Assembly (NCBI GenBank): GCA_029561555.1
Contig: JAKQXH010000045.1
Span: forward strand, 1-56,950
Source: Candidatus Omnitrophota bacterium
Lineage (GTDB): Bacteria; Omnitrophota; Omnitrophia; Omnitrophales; Omnitrophaceae
DNA: 56,950 nt
Reading direction: 5' to 3'
This document shows, in pieces, positions 18,589 to 29,490 of this stretch. Numbering within the stretch: position 1 is the first letter of the stretch; each line of letters opens with the position of its first letter. The notes under the pieces were generated by a model. The model was not told the origin of the DNA. It was given only the letters and a program-made list of their open reading frames with translations, and did not search any database. Position numbers and translations under genes: made by a program.

Positions 18589-21500
18589 TTACGGTTCGGA
18601 AGGCTCCCCCGCCGGACCGGCTAATGCGGGGATTCTCTCCCGTTCCTGCATTAATTTGTTTTTCTCGGAAACAACGGCCTTCAAATCGATGGAAAGCTCT
18701 TCAAGATCATTCTCCAGGATTTCGTAACGGTAATCCGATTTCTTTTTAAGCCTCTCGATATTTTTCTTAAGGACTTCACGCCTCTTCATCAGGAGTTTTT
18801 CGTGTTTGATCACGATTTTCTTTTCCTCGTCGACCACCTTCCTCAATTCTTTTTCCGCCTTGGCGCGTTCTTTTGAAAAAAGCGCCTTTCGCTTCCCCAA
18901 GTCACGGTCCGTTGTCGAAAACCGCTCTTTCATGCGCCCCTTGACATTGCGTTCGTAAAAATCCCGGAGTTCCTTCCGAAGCGTCTTCCGTTCTTTCTCA
19001 AAGGACGCCTCTTCCACGGAAATCTTGTCCTTCAGGTCTTCGATCTCCTTCAGCAAAGCCTGCGCTTCGGGAGACGGCCCGTTCTCCTTTTCCGTTTCCT
19101 GCCGGCCAGTCTCATTGGCATTCACTTCGGTCAGTTTGGCTTCAAGGGCCTTGACTTGCTCCTGCAAAGTCTCATAACGCTCCTCAAGTTTTTTCAGCCG
19201 CGCATTCCTTTTGTCCAAATTGCTCTGCAAAGCTTCTTTTTCGCTCCGTCCCGTATTCACAAACACACCTTTGGCCGTTTTGACGATTTTCTGGAGAGAA
19301 ACGCCGGGCAATTCGACAAAAATCGTCCGGTACGAGAAATTCGCATACTTCGAAGATTCTTCCTTCATCTTTTCGAATTCCGACTTCAATTCATCAACCT
19401 CTTTCGTCCGGGCCTCGATCAACAGCGTTTCCACTTCGATATTTTCCCTCAGTTCCAGAATCCGCGCGGAAGCCTGACCGGTATCCTTCTTGGTCATCTC
19501 CTCCGCCTGTCGGCTGACCGATTCCTCTTTAGGGGTGAGGCCGAAAATAAACGCCTTGAAAAACTTATAAGTTCCCACGGCGGGCGCCGCGGCTATCTTC
19601 CCGGTTTTCTCCAATCCCCCCCACCGCTTTTCGTCCGTTTCCTTCATCACTTTTTCCAGCTCATCGATCATGTTCCGCCGCTCCCCGTTCCGGTCGCGAA
19701 TCTCATCATAACGCCAGCGGATTTCCCTCTCGGTAAGTCGCATTTTCTTCTTGAGACGGATTTGCTCCGGAAGACGCTCAATCCCTTCCTCTCCGGAGAT
19801 CTCCTGCGGAGCGGATCCTCCCGCGACCGGCACCGTTCCCAACTCCTCCGAAAACCCTTTCTGCAGAGTCTCAACAATACGGCGCTTCTCTTCGATCCGG
19901 GCGGAGAGTTTTTCCGCTTTTCGTTTCGTCTTCTCCAGTTTTGCCTCGAGCCCCTTCCGATCCAAACCTTCCAGCTTCAATGGAGCCCTGGCCCCGCTAC
20001 CGGCATCTCTAAGATATTCGGTCCATCCGTTTGCCTCGGCCTGTTTCCGGAAATCGATCTCCCGAGCATCCAGAGTTTTCTTCAGCGAATCGATCTGCCG
20101 CCCATGTTCTTCCAACGCCTGCTGTTTCTTTTTGAGATCGCCTCCGGACTCCTCCAAAGCCTCCTGAAATTCCTTTTTCTGCGCCATGAGCTCGATGTCT
20201 TCTTCCTTGAAAGTTTCCGCCTGCCCCGAGACCTCCTTCAAAACACTCTCAAAATCCTCCCTCCGAATTTCCTCCGCCCGGTATTCTTCGATCAGTTTGG
20301 CGATATCCTGAAGATAAGCGCTCCGGGCCTTTTCGAAGGGATCCTCTCTCCGGAAAAACGGGATCGAAAACCCGGACGGGATCCCCAATTCGCGTCGGAT
20401 TCGCTCCACTTCCGTTTTTTCTTTTTGAAGCGCCGCTTCTTCGGCCTCCAGAGATTCCGACCAACTCTGGAAAAACCGCGCAAGATCTTCCGACGGATTC
20501 CCGCGCATTTGTTTTTTCCGCGCTTGAAGCGCCCTTTTCTTCTCGGCCAATTCCTGTTCTTTTATTTTGAGCGACTCGAACCGCCTTTTGATATCCGATA
20601 CTTTCCGCTTTTCAAAATCGTGCAAGCTTCCTTTCAGATGCCTTTCTTTTTTCTTCAACTGCTTCAAACGTCCTTCAACCGATTTTCGTTCTTCTTTTTC
20701 TCCTTCCCCTAAAATGGACAGCCGTGCATTCAGGTCTTTGATCCGTTGTTCAATACGGCTCAGCTCCGTCTGAAACGCCTTTTCTTTCGCCTTGATAAAC
20801 TTTTCCGGAGCCTGGAAAAACAAAATCTTCTCTTTTGCCTTCTTCCCCCAGGAAGTCATCGGGTAATGCGCGGCAATGTCTTCGTAGTAAATCAAAGCGC
20901 TGTCTAAGCGGTTTTCCTTCTCGTAGTATTGGGCGATGTCAAAATTCTTTTGGGCGTTTTTTTCGTCAATCGCTTGCTTGAGCTGTCGGGCTTTTTCGGC
21001 CACGGAAGTATCCGGATACTCCTGAATAAACGAATTAAACTGCGCTTCCGCCCGATCCAAGCCTTCCACGCTTCGGTTTACATTTTTAGCCATTTGAAAC
21101 GAAATTTCTCCGAGCTGGAATTTGGCATCCGCGACCAGTTGACTGTCGGGATAATCTTCCGCGAGGCGTTCAAACGTCTCGAGAGCCTTATTCAGATTTC
21201 CGCTCTTCCGGTAGGCAGTGCCCAGCTTAAAAAGGGCCTGATCCCCGTACTTCCCGAAAGGGGCATTGGTCACAACCTGTTCGAAGACTTCGATCGCTTT
21301 GGGCAAAGCGGGCATAATGGGCATGCCCATAAATTTCGAGCGCTTCCCGGAAAGAAAAAGATTCCCGATCCGGAACTGCCGTTCGATCACGGTCTCCACC
21401 TGCGCGCTTTGAGGGTAATTAGAAATGACTTTTTGATAGGCGTGGAATGCCTTGTAATAGTCGCCCGATTCTTCGTAAAGTTCTCCGAGCTTAAACTGCG

Positions 21501-21762
21501 CATCGGGAGCGACTTTCGAACTGGGATAGGCTTTTACCAATTTCTGAAACTGCTGAATGGCCTGCTCGTATTTCTTCTTCTCGTAAAACCCCATTGCATA
21601 GGCGTACTGCTCGTCGGCGTTTCCGACAAGTTCCTCCCCTTCTCTTACAAATCTGCCTTTTTCGGACGACCAGACAAAATCGGCCCTTGCCGTCGTTACC
21701 GGAAAAAGAATCAGCGGAAAAGAAAGGAGCAAAACGCCTGAAATCCGTCTAATTTGAATCAT
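18589..21762 (-). CDS. bamD: BamD-like TPR protein fused to ~730 aa of coiled coil
   Basis: SPI-type signal (ARA|DFVWSSEKG), repeated TPR YPxS units and EKNAQKNFDIAQYYEK...ALIYYEDIAAHYP over ~320 aa, then a long E/K/R heptad-rich region; upstream of lptE. Confidence 0.75.
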   Translation of the reverse strand: MIQIRRISGVLLLSFPLILFPVTTARADFVWSSEKGRFVREGEELVGNADEQYAYAMGFYEKKKYEQAIQQFQKLVKAYPSSKVAPDAQFKLGELYEESGDYYKAFHAYQKVISNYPQSAQVETVIERQFRIGNLFLSGKRSKFMGMPIMPALPKAIEVFEQVVTNAPFGKYGDQALFKLGTAYRKSGNLNKALETFERLAEDYPDSQLVADAKFQLGEISFQMAKNVNRSVEGLDRAEAQFNSFIQEYPDTSVAEKARQLKQAIDEKNAQKNFDIAQYYEKENRLDSALIYYEDIAAHYPMTSWGKKAKEKILFFQAPEKFIKAKEKAFQTELSRIEQRIKDLNARLSILGEGEKEERKSVEGRLKQLKKKERHLKGSLHDFEKRKVSDIKRRFESLKIKEQELAEKKRALQARKKQMRGNPSEDLARFFQSWSESLEAEEAALQKEKTEVERIRRELGIPSGFSIPFFRREDPFEKARSAYLQDIAKLIEEYRAEEIRREDFESVLKEVSGQAETFKEEDIELMAQKKEFQEALEESGGDLKKKQQALEEHGRQIDSLKKTLDAREIDFRKQAEANGWTEYLRDAGSGARAPLKLEGLDRKGLEAKLEKTKRKAEKLSARIEEKRRIVETLQKGFSEELGTVPVAGGSAPQEISGEEGIERLPEQIRLKKKMRLTEREIRWRYDEIRDRNGERRNMIDELEKVMKETDEKRWGGLEKTGKIAAAPAVGTYKFFKAFIFGLTPKEESVSRQAEEMTKKDTGQASARILELRENIEVETLLIEARTKEVDELKSEFEKMKEESSKYANFSYRTIFVELPGVSLQKIVKTAKGVFVNTGRSEKEALQSNLDKRNARLKKLEERYETLQEQVKALEAKLTEVNANETGRQETEKENGPSPEAQALLKEIEDLKDKISVEEASFEKERKTLRKELRDFYERNVKGRMKERFSTTDRDLGKRKALFSKERAKAEKELRKVVDEEKKIVIKHEKLLMKRREVLKKNIERLKKKSDYRYEILENDLEELSIDLKAVVSEKNKLMQERERIPALAGPAGEPSEP

Positions 21763-21928
21763 GGAAACCGTTGGTCCGTTATTCGAGGGCTCAAAGACAA
21801 CACTGCCATTTCTGCGCTAAGCTGAATCCCTCCGCAACTTAGAGATCCGGAAATGAAGGATTTCTTTCCCTCTTAGAATGTTTTATATCTATAAACGACA
21901 AAATAAGTTAGAGAAAAACTGAAGCGGT

Positions 21929-21957
21929 AATATAGCACGCCGCCCTATCACTGTCAA
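21929..21957 (-). promoter_or_regulatory. sigma70 promoter for bamD-lptE-holA
   Basis: TTGACA-17 nt-TATATT with TGn extension; implies a ~160-nt leader. Confidence 0.7.
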
Positions 21958-21984
21958 GAAAGCCGGAAGCGAAAGGAATCTCCT

Positions 21985-22416
21985 TTACCGCAGCACCGGG
22001 ATTGAAGTGTCTTCGGAATCGTCTCCCTGCGTCCCCGGGACTTCCAGCGGAACCGTTTTCTTCATCGACTCCACGGTTTTCTCAAGATCCGCCGTTTTGA
22101 TTCTCTCCTGAGCCAGTGCTTTGGTTGCCTCGTCCCTTTCCGTTTCGAGAGCCGAGATCTGTGCCTTGAAATTCTCCCGCTCCTTGGAAAGTTCCGCAAT
22201 CATATTGTCCTGAGCCGAAAACTTGGCTTCGCTTTTCTTCAGGTTTTCCTGAACATCCTGGCTGTCTTTCTTCAGTTTCTCAACCTCCATTTTCAGGATC
22301 TGGCTCTCGCTGCGGGCGTTTTCAAGCTTTGCTTTCAAAGACATGATTTTCATGCCGAAAATAACGCTCACAACCAGCAAAAGGATCAAACACACAAAAA
22401 TCGTCACTTTCTGCAT
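21985..22416 (-). CDS. Membrane-anchored coiled-coil hypothetical protein
   Basis: GGAGGA SD; N-terminal hydrophobic helix followed by ~100 aa of heptad pattern. Confidence 0.8.
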   Translation of the reverse strand: MQKVTIFVCLILLLVVSVIFGMKIMSLKAKLENARSESQILKMEVEKLKKDSQDVQENLKKSEAKFSAQDNMIAELSKERENFKAQISALETERDEATKALAQERIKTADLEKTVESMKKTVPLEVPGTQGDDSEDTSIPVLR

Positions 22417-22504
22417 CTCAAGCGTCCTCCTCTCCGATTCTTATATTCCGTATTTTCATATTAAAAGGGCAATCTGTCTATCCCTAAAATCGTTTCCGGG
22501 AAAA

Positions 22505-24631
22505 TTATTTAAAAAGTCCTTCTAATTCCGGGCCCGAAACCACCGCCGGGAGGCAGGTCCGGTTTCGGCAAACCGTCACGGCGGTTTTATTTCCCTGCCG
22601 AGCACGCGTCCCGAGCGACGGAAAAAGCGCTTCGATTTTCTTCCGGTTTTCCCCTTCCAGATCCCTGAACAAAACCGTTTTTTCGGGCAGGAACCGGGAA
22701 TCAATCACGCGGAGCATGTCCTCTAAATCCGAGTTGTCCGGGCCTTCATCGATCACGATTTCGCAGCCGGGACCGGCAAATGCGGCCAAGGCAGTCAGCA
22801 TATGCGCGCAACCCATCCCGGAATCTCCGCAGTGTTCCGGAAAAGCCCGCAGGATATTCGCGGCATTCGTTTCCAGTTCCCGGTCCCCGCTCAAACGGCT
22901 CAAGCGCAAAAAGGCCAAAGCCGCCGCCGCATTGCCGGACGGCAGAGCCCCTTCCTGAAAATCTTTTTGGCGAAGAATCAATCTTTCCGAATCCCCCCCC
23001 GTCAGAAAGAAACCTCCCCCGTCCGCGTCCCGAAAAAGACGCATGATTTCGCGGCAGAGACTCATCGCTTCCTCAAGATATCGGGGATCAAATGTCGCCT
23101 CATACAGATCGATCAGCCCGCAAGTAAAAAACGCATAATCCGGAAGGAAAGCAGGAATCGCCGCTTCCCCGTCCGCATACCGGTGCATCAGACGCCCGTC
23201 TTTCCGCTTCAGCCTGGCCAAAAGAAAATCGGCCGCTCCCATCGCAGCACGCTGATACCGGATATCCCCCAACACGCGAAATCCGATGGAAAAGCTCGAA
23301 ATCATGAGTGCGTTCCAGTCCGTCAAAATCTTGTCATCCCGGTAAGGCCTGGGCTTTGACGCTCTTTTCGCCGATAAAACCGATCGGGCATTCTCCAAAA
23401 TCCTCTCAACCCGTTCACGGCTCATCCCAAACCGTTTAGCCGTCGCCTCAACGGACTGACAAACGGAAAGAATATTCCTGCCTCTCCACTCCTCCGGCAA
23501 ATTCGTCTCGACATTTCCTTCATCCCGGATCCCGTAATGAAAATTGAAAACTTCCGAAAGATCTTTATCAAGACAATCCCGGATTTCCGCGGCCGTCCAG
23601 ACGTAAAAAACCCCTTCCGATTTGACCCGACCGTTTCCCGATACCTCCCAGCTGTCCGCATCTTCCGCCGCGCAGAAAGCACCAAAATCGTCCGTCAAAT
23701 CCCTGAGCACATAATCCAGGGTTTCCCGCGCTATTGCGGCATAGAAAGAGTTTTGCGTAACCTGATACGTCTCGAGATAAAGCCTCGAGAGAAGCGCCTG
23801 GTTGTAAAGCATTTTTTCAAAATGCGGCAGATGCCATTCGCGGTCCGTCGTGTAGCGATGGAATCCTCCCCCCAGATGATCCCGCAATCCGCCCAAAGCC
23901 ATTTTCCGCAGGGACGTCTCCACCATCGCAAGGGCGTCCGGATTCCCGCGACGATACCCGTATCGCAGAAGAAAACCCAGCAAAGTTTCCTGAGGAAATT
24001 TCGGTTCGATCCCGAACCCGCCGAAAGAACGGTCAAACGCAGCGCCGCAGTTCTCATACGCCTCATCCAGCAAGTGTTCGTCCGGAAAACTCATCCCCTG
24101 ATCCGCGAAAAATCTTTTCTCTCCGATCGCCCGAAGCAGCGCTTCGCTTGATTCCGATATTCCGGCCGGATTGCTCGTCCACATTTCGTGAATCGCCGAT
24201 AAAATCTCGAAAAATCCGGGTTTTCCCCACCGGCCCCGGGGCGGAAAATAAGTTCCCCCGTAAAAAGGTTTTAGCTCTCCGGTCAGAAAAACACTGAGGG
24301 GCCACCCCCCGGAGCCGGTCATCGCCTGAACGGCCTGCATGTACACTCGATCGATGTCGGGACGTTCCTCTCGATCCACTTTGACCGAAACAAAATTTTC
24401 ATTCAGATATTTCGCCGTTTCGGGATTCGAAAAAGATTCCGCTGCCATCACATGACACCAGTGACAGGTCGAATACCCGACGGACAGAAAAATAGGTTTA
24501 TGGGTTTCGCGGGCTTTCCGGAAAGCTTCCTCTCCCCAAGGATACCAGTCGACGGGATTATAGGCGTGCTGGAGGAGGTAAGGACTTTTCTGGCTTAGAA
24601 GCCGATTGGCCTGAATCTTATCGGGATTCAT
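22505..24631 (-). CDS. Thioredoxin-domain / six-hairpin glycosidase-like protein (YyaL/SSP411 family); likely start ATG 24631
   Basis: [64 protein letters not shown]. Confidence 0.93.
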   Translation of the reverse strand: MNPDKIQANRLLSQKSPYLLQHAYNPVDWYPWGEEAFRKARETHKPIFLSVGYSTCHWCHVMAAESFSNPETAKYLNENFVSVKVDREERPDIDRVYMQAVQAMTGSGGWPLSVFLTGELKPFYGGTYFPPRGRWGKPGFFEILSAIHEMWTSNPAGISESSEALLRAIGEKRFFADQGMSFPDEHLLDEAYENCGAAFDRSFGGFGIEPKFPQETLLGFLLRYGYRRGNPDALAMVETSLRKMALGGLRDHLGGGFHRYTTDREWHLPHFEKMLYNQALLSRLYLETYQVTQNSFYAAIARETLDYVLRDLTDDFGAFCAAEDADSWEVSGNGRVKSEGVFYVWTAAEIRDCLDKDLSEVFNFHYGIRDEGNVETNLPEEWRGRNILSVCQSVEATAKRFGMSRERVERILENARSVLSAKRASKPRPYRDDKILTDWNALMISSFSIGFRVLGDIRYQRAAMGAADFLLARLKRKDGRLMHRYADGEAAIPAFLPDYAFFTCGLIDLYEATFDPRYLEEAMSLCREIMRLFRDADGGGFFLTGGDSERLILRQKDFQEGALPSGNAAAALAFLRLSRLSGDRELETNAANILRAFPEHCGDSGMGCAHMLTALAAFAGPGCEIVIDEGPDNSDLEDMLRVIDSRFLPEKTVLFRDLEGENRKKIEALFPSLGTRARQGNKTAVTVCRNRTCLPAVVSGPELEGLFK

Positions 24632-24733
24632 TTTTTGGGAAAAACATACCGTGCATTTCCGGAGCAAAAACCGCCCGCTCAGGAATGCTTTCCGTAGATG
24701 ACGGGAAAACTCCTCGATTCCCGGAGATCCGGC

Positions 24734-25162
24734 TTATTGTACCGGAACAATATTGCTCTTTTCGTCGTAGGTATAGCGGGCCTTCCCGTTCTCCACGCGG
24801 ATGCGAATATCCACGACCCGGATATCGCCTTTCACATCGCTGACGTCAAAATCAAGTTCGAGGAGATCCCCCGTTTTGACGTCCGTCATCACCGCGGTCC
24901 CGAAATTGTAATTGCCCGACTTCCCGACCTTATCAAGGATCCGGACGCGCTTGAGCCATCTCAACCCTTTGCTTCCCTGAACATCCACGATGGCAAACGC
25001 CCCCTGAAGCCTCTCCTGCTGAGCGATGTACTGCACGATAACCTTTTTGACCTGTTCCGGCGTCAGTGCGGCAAAAGAAACCCCCGCGAGCAGCATCGTA
25101 ACCGCCGCAGCCAGGACACATCCCTTTGTCCATTTCTTGCCCATCATCAGAATCCTCCTCAA
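24734..25162 (-). CDS. Exported hypothetical protein (start probably MGKKW)
   Basis: Signal peptide ending SFA|A; GGAGG SD before the internal ATGs; beta-rich mature part. Confidence 0.75.
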   Translation of the reverse strand: MRRILMMGKKWTKGCVLAAAVTMLLAGVSFAALTPEQVKKVIVQYIAQQERLQGAFAIVDVQGSKGLRWLKRVRILDKVGKSGNYNFGTAVMTDVKTGDLLELDFDVSDVKGDIRVVDIRIRVENGKARYTYDEKSNIVPVQ

Positions 25163-25204
25163 AAATCTTTTTCCGGTTTCATCCGCAAAAATGAATGGCT
25201 CCTG

Positions 25205-25441
25205 TTATGCCGCGGAATCCGCCGCATCCTCGGAAGCCTCAACATCCTCCTCGGCATTAGCCGTTTCAGCGGAAGTATCCCCGTTGACTTCCGTATTGCC
25301 TCCGGCAGGAGCCGAAGCCACGGCACTTTGCCCGCTAGCCCCTTTAGTAGGGCACATTCCGCAGCCCGCGAAAGCGCCCGGAAGATTCGAAGTCATCGCA
25401 AACACCATTAAAATCAGCAATCCCGCCAATATTTTTTTCAT
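25205..25441 (-). CDS. Small exported CxxC-containing acidic protein
   Basis: AGGAG SD; signal peptide ending AFAG-CGMC; Ala/Glu/Asp-rich tail. Confidence 0.7.
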   Translation of the reverse strand: MKKILAGLLILMVFAMTSNLPGAFAGCGMCPTKGASGQSAVASAPAGGNTEVNGDTSAETANAEEDVEASEDAADSAA

Positions 25442-25559
25442 GCCATTCTCCTTTATTGAATTCAGTTCGCCTTAGAAATTTCGGACAGTTTAAGGCAAAG
25501 GCCGTGAATTGTCGAACAAAATTGAGCCCGGACTATGCCCAAAAAACCGGAATCCTGCT

Positions 25560-26084
25560 TCATTTTCCGCAAAAGTTACGGATTTTCGTCCAAAAGGACT
25601 CCGGGGCGTCGCCCCACATCCCGAGTTTCCCGGCTTTCGCCCTGCGCTCCGACTCGAAGAAATCTTTTTTGTATTCGAAAGGAAATTTTCGGAAAACTTC
25701 GGCGTATCCTTGCTCGATCATTTGGCGGTTCACAAAAGTTCCGTCGGACAGATACACATAGGCAAGCCTTCTCCCGAACCGGTCGAAAGGTTCCTCTCCG
25801 CCTTCAAGCCTCACGTCCTTCCCCTCGATGAGGGCCTTGAGATATTTCCGGGATTCCTCTCCGAAAGGCTCGCCGCTTTTCCCGTATCGCGGGTGGCTGA
25901 CTTCCGGAGCATCAATTCCGATCATGCGCACCCGCTGTTGATCGGTCAGGATAAAAGTATCCCCGTCGATCACATAACGGACTTTTTCCGCAAAAAGAAG
26001 TCCGGCACTCAAAAAAAACAGGCAAATCGCGCCCTGAACCGCTCGCCGCCACGGAAAATCTTTCCGAAAAATCTCGAATACCAT
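25560..26084 (-). CDS. Thermonuclease (SNase-like) family exported nuclease
   Basis: VIDGDTF, RVRMIGIDAPE, DRFGRRLAYVY, N-terminal signal sequence. Confidence 0.92.
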   Translation of the reverse strand: MVFEIFRKDFPWRRAVQGAICLFFLSAGLLFAEKVRYVIDGDTFILTDQQRVRMIGIDAPEVSHPRYGKSGEPFGEESRKYLKALIEGKDVRLEGGEEPFDRFGRRLAYVYLSDGTFVNRQMIEQGYAEVFRKFPFEYKKDFFESERRAKAGKLGMWGDAPESFWTKIRNFCGK

Positions 26085-26093
26085 TTTCGCCGG

Positions 26094-28682
26094 TTATTCT
26101 TTCAAAAATTGAAACGTTCCGCTTTTCTTGTCGACTCCGACGACGGCCTGCGCGCCGTCCCGGTATTCACCGCTGAGAATCCTCACCGCCAGGGGGTCCT
26201 GAATTTCCCGCTGAATCAGTCTCCGGAGAGGCCTTGCCCCGAATTCGGAATCGTATCCTTCCGCCGCCAGTTTCTCACGGGCCTCCCGGTCCACCCGGAG
26301 ACCGATTTTTCTTTCCGAAAGTTTGGTCTCAAGCTCTTTCAGCTGCAAATCCACGATCTTGCCGATATCCCCCTGATTCAGCTTGTTGAACACGATGATT
26401 TCGTCAATCCGGTTCATCAGTTCCGGCCGCAAATGTGCGCGCAATTCCTGCAATACCTGATCGCGGACTTTCCCTTTTGAATCCCTCTCCCCCTGAAAAT
26501 AATGGCTCCCGATATTGGACGTCAGGATCACCACGGTATTCCTGAAATTGACGACACGCCCCTGTCCGTCCGTCAGCCTCCCATCCTCGAGAATCTGAAG
26601 CAGGATATTGAATACGTCGTGATGCGCTTTTTCGATTTCGTCGAACAAAATGACGGCATAAGGCCTGCGCCGGATCTTCTCGGTCAATTGCCCGCCCTCT
26701 TCGTAGCCGACGTATCCCGGCGGCGCGCCGATCAATCTCGAAACCGAATGTTTCTCCATGTATTCGGACATATCGATTCTCACCGTTGCGTTCTCGTCAT
26801 CGAAAAGAAACCATGCCAGCGTTTTCGCAAGATATGTTTTCCCCACTCCCGTCGGCCCCAGGAAGATAAACGATCCGATCGGACGAGCCGGGTCCGAAAG
26901 ACCCGACCGGGAACGGCGGATGCTGTTTGAAATCAAACCGACCGCTTCATCCTGCCCGACAATCCGGGTCTTGAGCCGCTCCTCCATGTGAATCAGCTTT
27001 TCGACTTCGCCTTCCATGAGACGCGAAACGGGTATCCCCGTCCATTTGGAAACGATTTCCGCGATATCTTCCTCGCTTACTTCTTCCTGAAGCATTTTCT
27101 GTTCTTTTTGGATTTCCCGGAGCTCATCATTCTCCCGTTTCAATTCCTCCTCAAAATTCCGGAGAACCCCGTAGCGAATTTCGGCCACTTTGTCCCAATT
27201 GGACTCCTTCTCATGGCGCGATTCTTCCAGCTTGGCCTTTTCCATCTCCTCTTTGGTTTTGCGTATCCTCTCGAGGATTTCTTTTTCGTTCCGCCAATGA
27301 CGCTTCATCGCATCCGATTTTTCCTTCAGATTCGAAAGTTCTTCTTCGAGCTTGGAAAGCCGTTCGCGCGACGATTCGTCCTTCTCCTTCTTGAGCGCCT
27401 GCTTCTCGATCTCGAATTGGATAATCCGCCGCTCCAATTCGTCGATTTCGGTCGGCAGACTGTCGATTTCGATTCTCAGCTTGGATGCCGCCTCGTCGAT
27501 CAAATCAATCGCTTTGTCGGGCAGAAACCGTTCGGTGATATATCTTGAGGAAAGCGTTGCCGCGGCGACCAGCGCATCGTCCTTGATTTTCACGCCGTGA
27601 AAAACCTCATAGCGCTCTTTTAACCCGCGGAGAATCGCGATCGTGTCTTCGACGCTGGGCTCTCCGATGAAAATCGGCTGAAATCTCCGCTCCAGAGCCT
27701 TGTCTTTTTCGACATACTGCCTGTATTCATCCAGCGTCGTCGCCCCGATGCACCGGAGCTGTCCCCGGGCAAGCGCCGGCTTGAGCATGTTGGAAGCGTC
27801 CACCGACCCTTCCGCTTTCCCGGCGCCGACCAGAGTGTGGAGTTCGTCGATAAAGAGGATGATTTCCCCCTCCCGCGCTTCGATCTCCTTGAGTACCGCC
27901 TTCAGACGGTCCTCGAATTCGCCCCGGTATTTGGATCCCGCAACCAGAGAACCGATATCCAGGGCGATAATTTTCTTCCCGCGCAACGCCGACGGAACAT
28001 CTCCATCGGCAATGCGCTTGGCCAGTCCCTCGGCGATCGCGGTTTTCCCGGTCCCCGGATCGCCGATCAAGACCGGATTGTTTTTCGTCCTCCGGGAAAG
28101 CACCTGAATCGAACGGCGAATCTCGCCGTCCCGGCCGATCACGGGATCCAGTTTCCCCTGCCGGGCCAGTTCCGTCAGATCCCTGCCGTAACGCGCGAGG
28201 GCCTGATACTTCCCCTCCGGATTCTGATCCGTCACGCGGTGAGCACCCCGGACCTCCTTCAGAATCTTGAGAAGCGAATCTTTTTTGAGACCATGCTTCC
28301 GGAACAATTTCTGTAATTTCTCGTCCCCGTCCTGAACCACCGCCAAAAGAAGATGCTCAACGCTCGCATATTCGTCCTTGAGCGTTTCGGCTTCTTTAAA
28401 CGCCGTATCCAGGATTTTCCGGAACCGTTCGGATAAATACTGCTGGGAAGCCCCCCCCACTTTGGGTTTTACCGCAAGCAAAGCCCTTAAATCCGATTCA
28501 AAAGCCGCTCCATTCACTCCCAATTTTTGAAAGACGGGAATCGCGATGCTTTCCTCCAGCGAAAGAAGCGCCAAAAGGAGATGCTCCGCATCCACCTCTT
28601 GATGGCCTTCCTCTCGCGCAAGCGAAAGCGCCTTTTCCACGGCCTCCTGCGCCTTCAAAGTCATCTTTTCGAAACGAATCAT
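26094..28682 (-). CDS. clpB: ATP-dependent disaggregase ClpB (start ATG 28682)
   Basis: Clp-N repeats, two AAA+ modules ([16 protein letters not shown]), long middle coiled coil, [13 protein letters not shown]. Confidence 0.97.
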   Translation of the reverse strand: MIRFEKMTLKAQEAVEKALSLAREEGHQEVDAEHLLLALLSLEESIAIPVFQKLGVNGAAFESDLRALLAVKPKVGGASQQYLSERFRKILDTAFKEAETLKDEYASVEHLLLAVVQDGDEKLQKLFRKHGLKKDSLLKILKEVRGAHRVTDQNPEGKYQALARYGRDLTELARQGKLDPVIGRDGEIRRSIQVLSRRTKNNPVLIGDPGTGKTAIAEGLAKRIADGDVPSALRGKKIIALDIGSLVAGSKYRGEFEDRLKAVLKEIEAREGEIILFIDELHTLVGAGKAEGSVDASNMLKPALARGQLRCIGATTLDEYRQYVEKDKALERRFQPIFIGEPSVEDTIAILRGLKERYEVFHGVKIKDDALVAAATLSSRYITERFLPDKAIDLIDEAASKLRIEIDSLPTEIDELERRIIQFEIEKQALKKEKDESSRERLSKLEEELSNLKEKSDAMKRHWRNEKEILERIRKTKEEMEKAKLEESRHEKESNWDKVAEIRYGVLRNFEEELKRENDELREIQKEQKMLQEEVSEEDIAEIVSKWTGIPVSRLMEGEVEKLIHMEERLKTRIVGQDEAVGLISNSIRRSRSGLSDPARPIGSFIFLGPTGVGKTYLAKTLAWFLFDDENATVRIDMSEYMEKHSVSRLIGAPPGYVGYEEGGQLTEKIRRRPYAVILFDEIEKAHHDVFNILLQILEDGRLTDGQGRVVNFRNTVVILTSNIGSHYFQGERDSKGKVRDQVLQELRAHLRPELMNRIDEIIVFNKLNQGDIGKIVDLQLKELETKLSERKIGLRVDREAREKLAAEGYDSEFGARPLRRLIQREIQDPLAVRILSGEYRDGAQAVVGVDKKSGTFQFLKE

Positions 28683-28719
28683 ATGGTTTGCCCCTTCCGA
28701 TCGCCCCTCGCCGCCGGCA

Positions 28720-29424
28720 TTATTGAACCTGAACCGTCTTGAGTTTTTCTTTCTGCTCATCCGGAAGTGCGATCTTGGGAAGTCGGATCGTCAAAACGCC
28801 CTTGTCATACTGAGCCGTCACTTCCTCGGTTTTCACGTCGCCCGGAAGCGGAATCGCCCGGCGAAACGATCCGAAACTCCTTTCCATCTGGTAAAACCCC
28901 TTATCATCGGACTCTTTTTTCTCAAAATTACGTTCGCCCGAAATCGTGATCGAATTTTCGTTCACCTCCACATTCAGCTTGTCTTTGTCCAATCCCGGGA
29001 CATCCATCTTGACGGTATATCCTTTCGCATCTTCCTTAATATCCAAATCAGGCTCGTAAAAAAGATTTCCCGGCGTCATACTGTTCAATCCCAATCCTCC
29101 TCCCGCCGCCTTCCGGAAGCTTTCCCGGAACATCCGGTTCATCCGGCGCTGGATTTTTTCCATTTCGATAAAAGGGTCCATCATTCCCCCCATCCCCCCC
29201 TGGTCATCCTGATCAAAGAAAGAAGAAAACGCCCCTCCCGGAAATTGCGCTGACGCGGGCGTCGGTTGCTGTTGCTTATGAAACAGCGGTCTCCGGCATT
29301 GCATCTTCACGGCAGAAGGTTCCGTGGTCTCTTTATCTTTTTTCAATAAATAAGCCGTCTGTAGCGCAAAAGCGACCCCCAAAAGAACCACCGCCGCCGT
29401 TAGAATTTTCTCTTTATTGCTCAT
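28720..29424 (-). CDS. Hsp20/alpha-crystallin protein with N-terminal membrane anchor or signal
   Basis: C-terminal PDLDIKE...DVPG...[14 protein letters not shown]...GVLTIRLPK; N-terminal [21 protein letters not shown]. Confidence 0.9.
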   Translation of the reverse strand: MSNKEKILTAAVVLLGVAFALQTAYLLKKDKETTEPSAVKMQCRRPLFHKQQQPTPASAQFPGGAFSSFFDQDDQGGMGGMMDPFIEMEKIQRRMNRMFRESFRKAAGGGLGLNSMTPGNLFYEPDLDIKEDAKGYTVKMDVPGLDKDKLNVEVNENSITISGERNFEKKESDDKGFYQMERSFGSFRRAIPLPGDVKTEEVTAQYDKGVLTIRLPKIALPDEQKEKLKTVQVQ

Positions 29425-29490
29425 GGTCTTGTCTCCTTTCCCTTTTTACCGATTACGATTAAAATTACGTCGCAACCAACAGCGTCTTCT

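Noticed and set aside
19156-21741. Long + strand ORFs opposite bamD
   Set aside because: Antisense shadows of an E/K-rich gene.
25560-26084. Thermonuclease as part of a defence system
   Set aside because: Signal-bearing SNase with no defence-associated neighbours.
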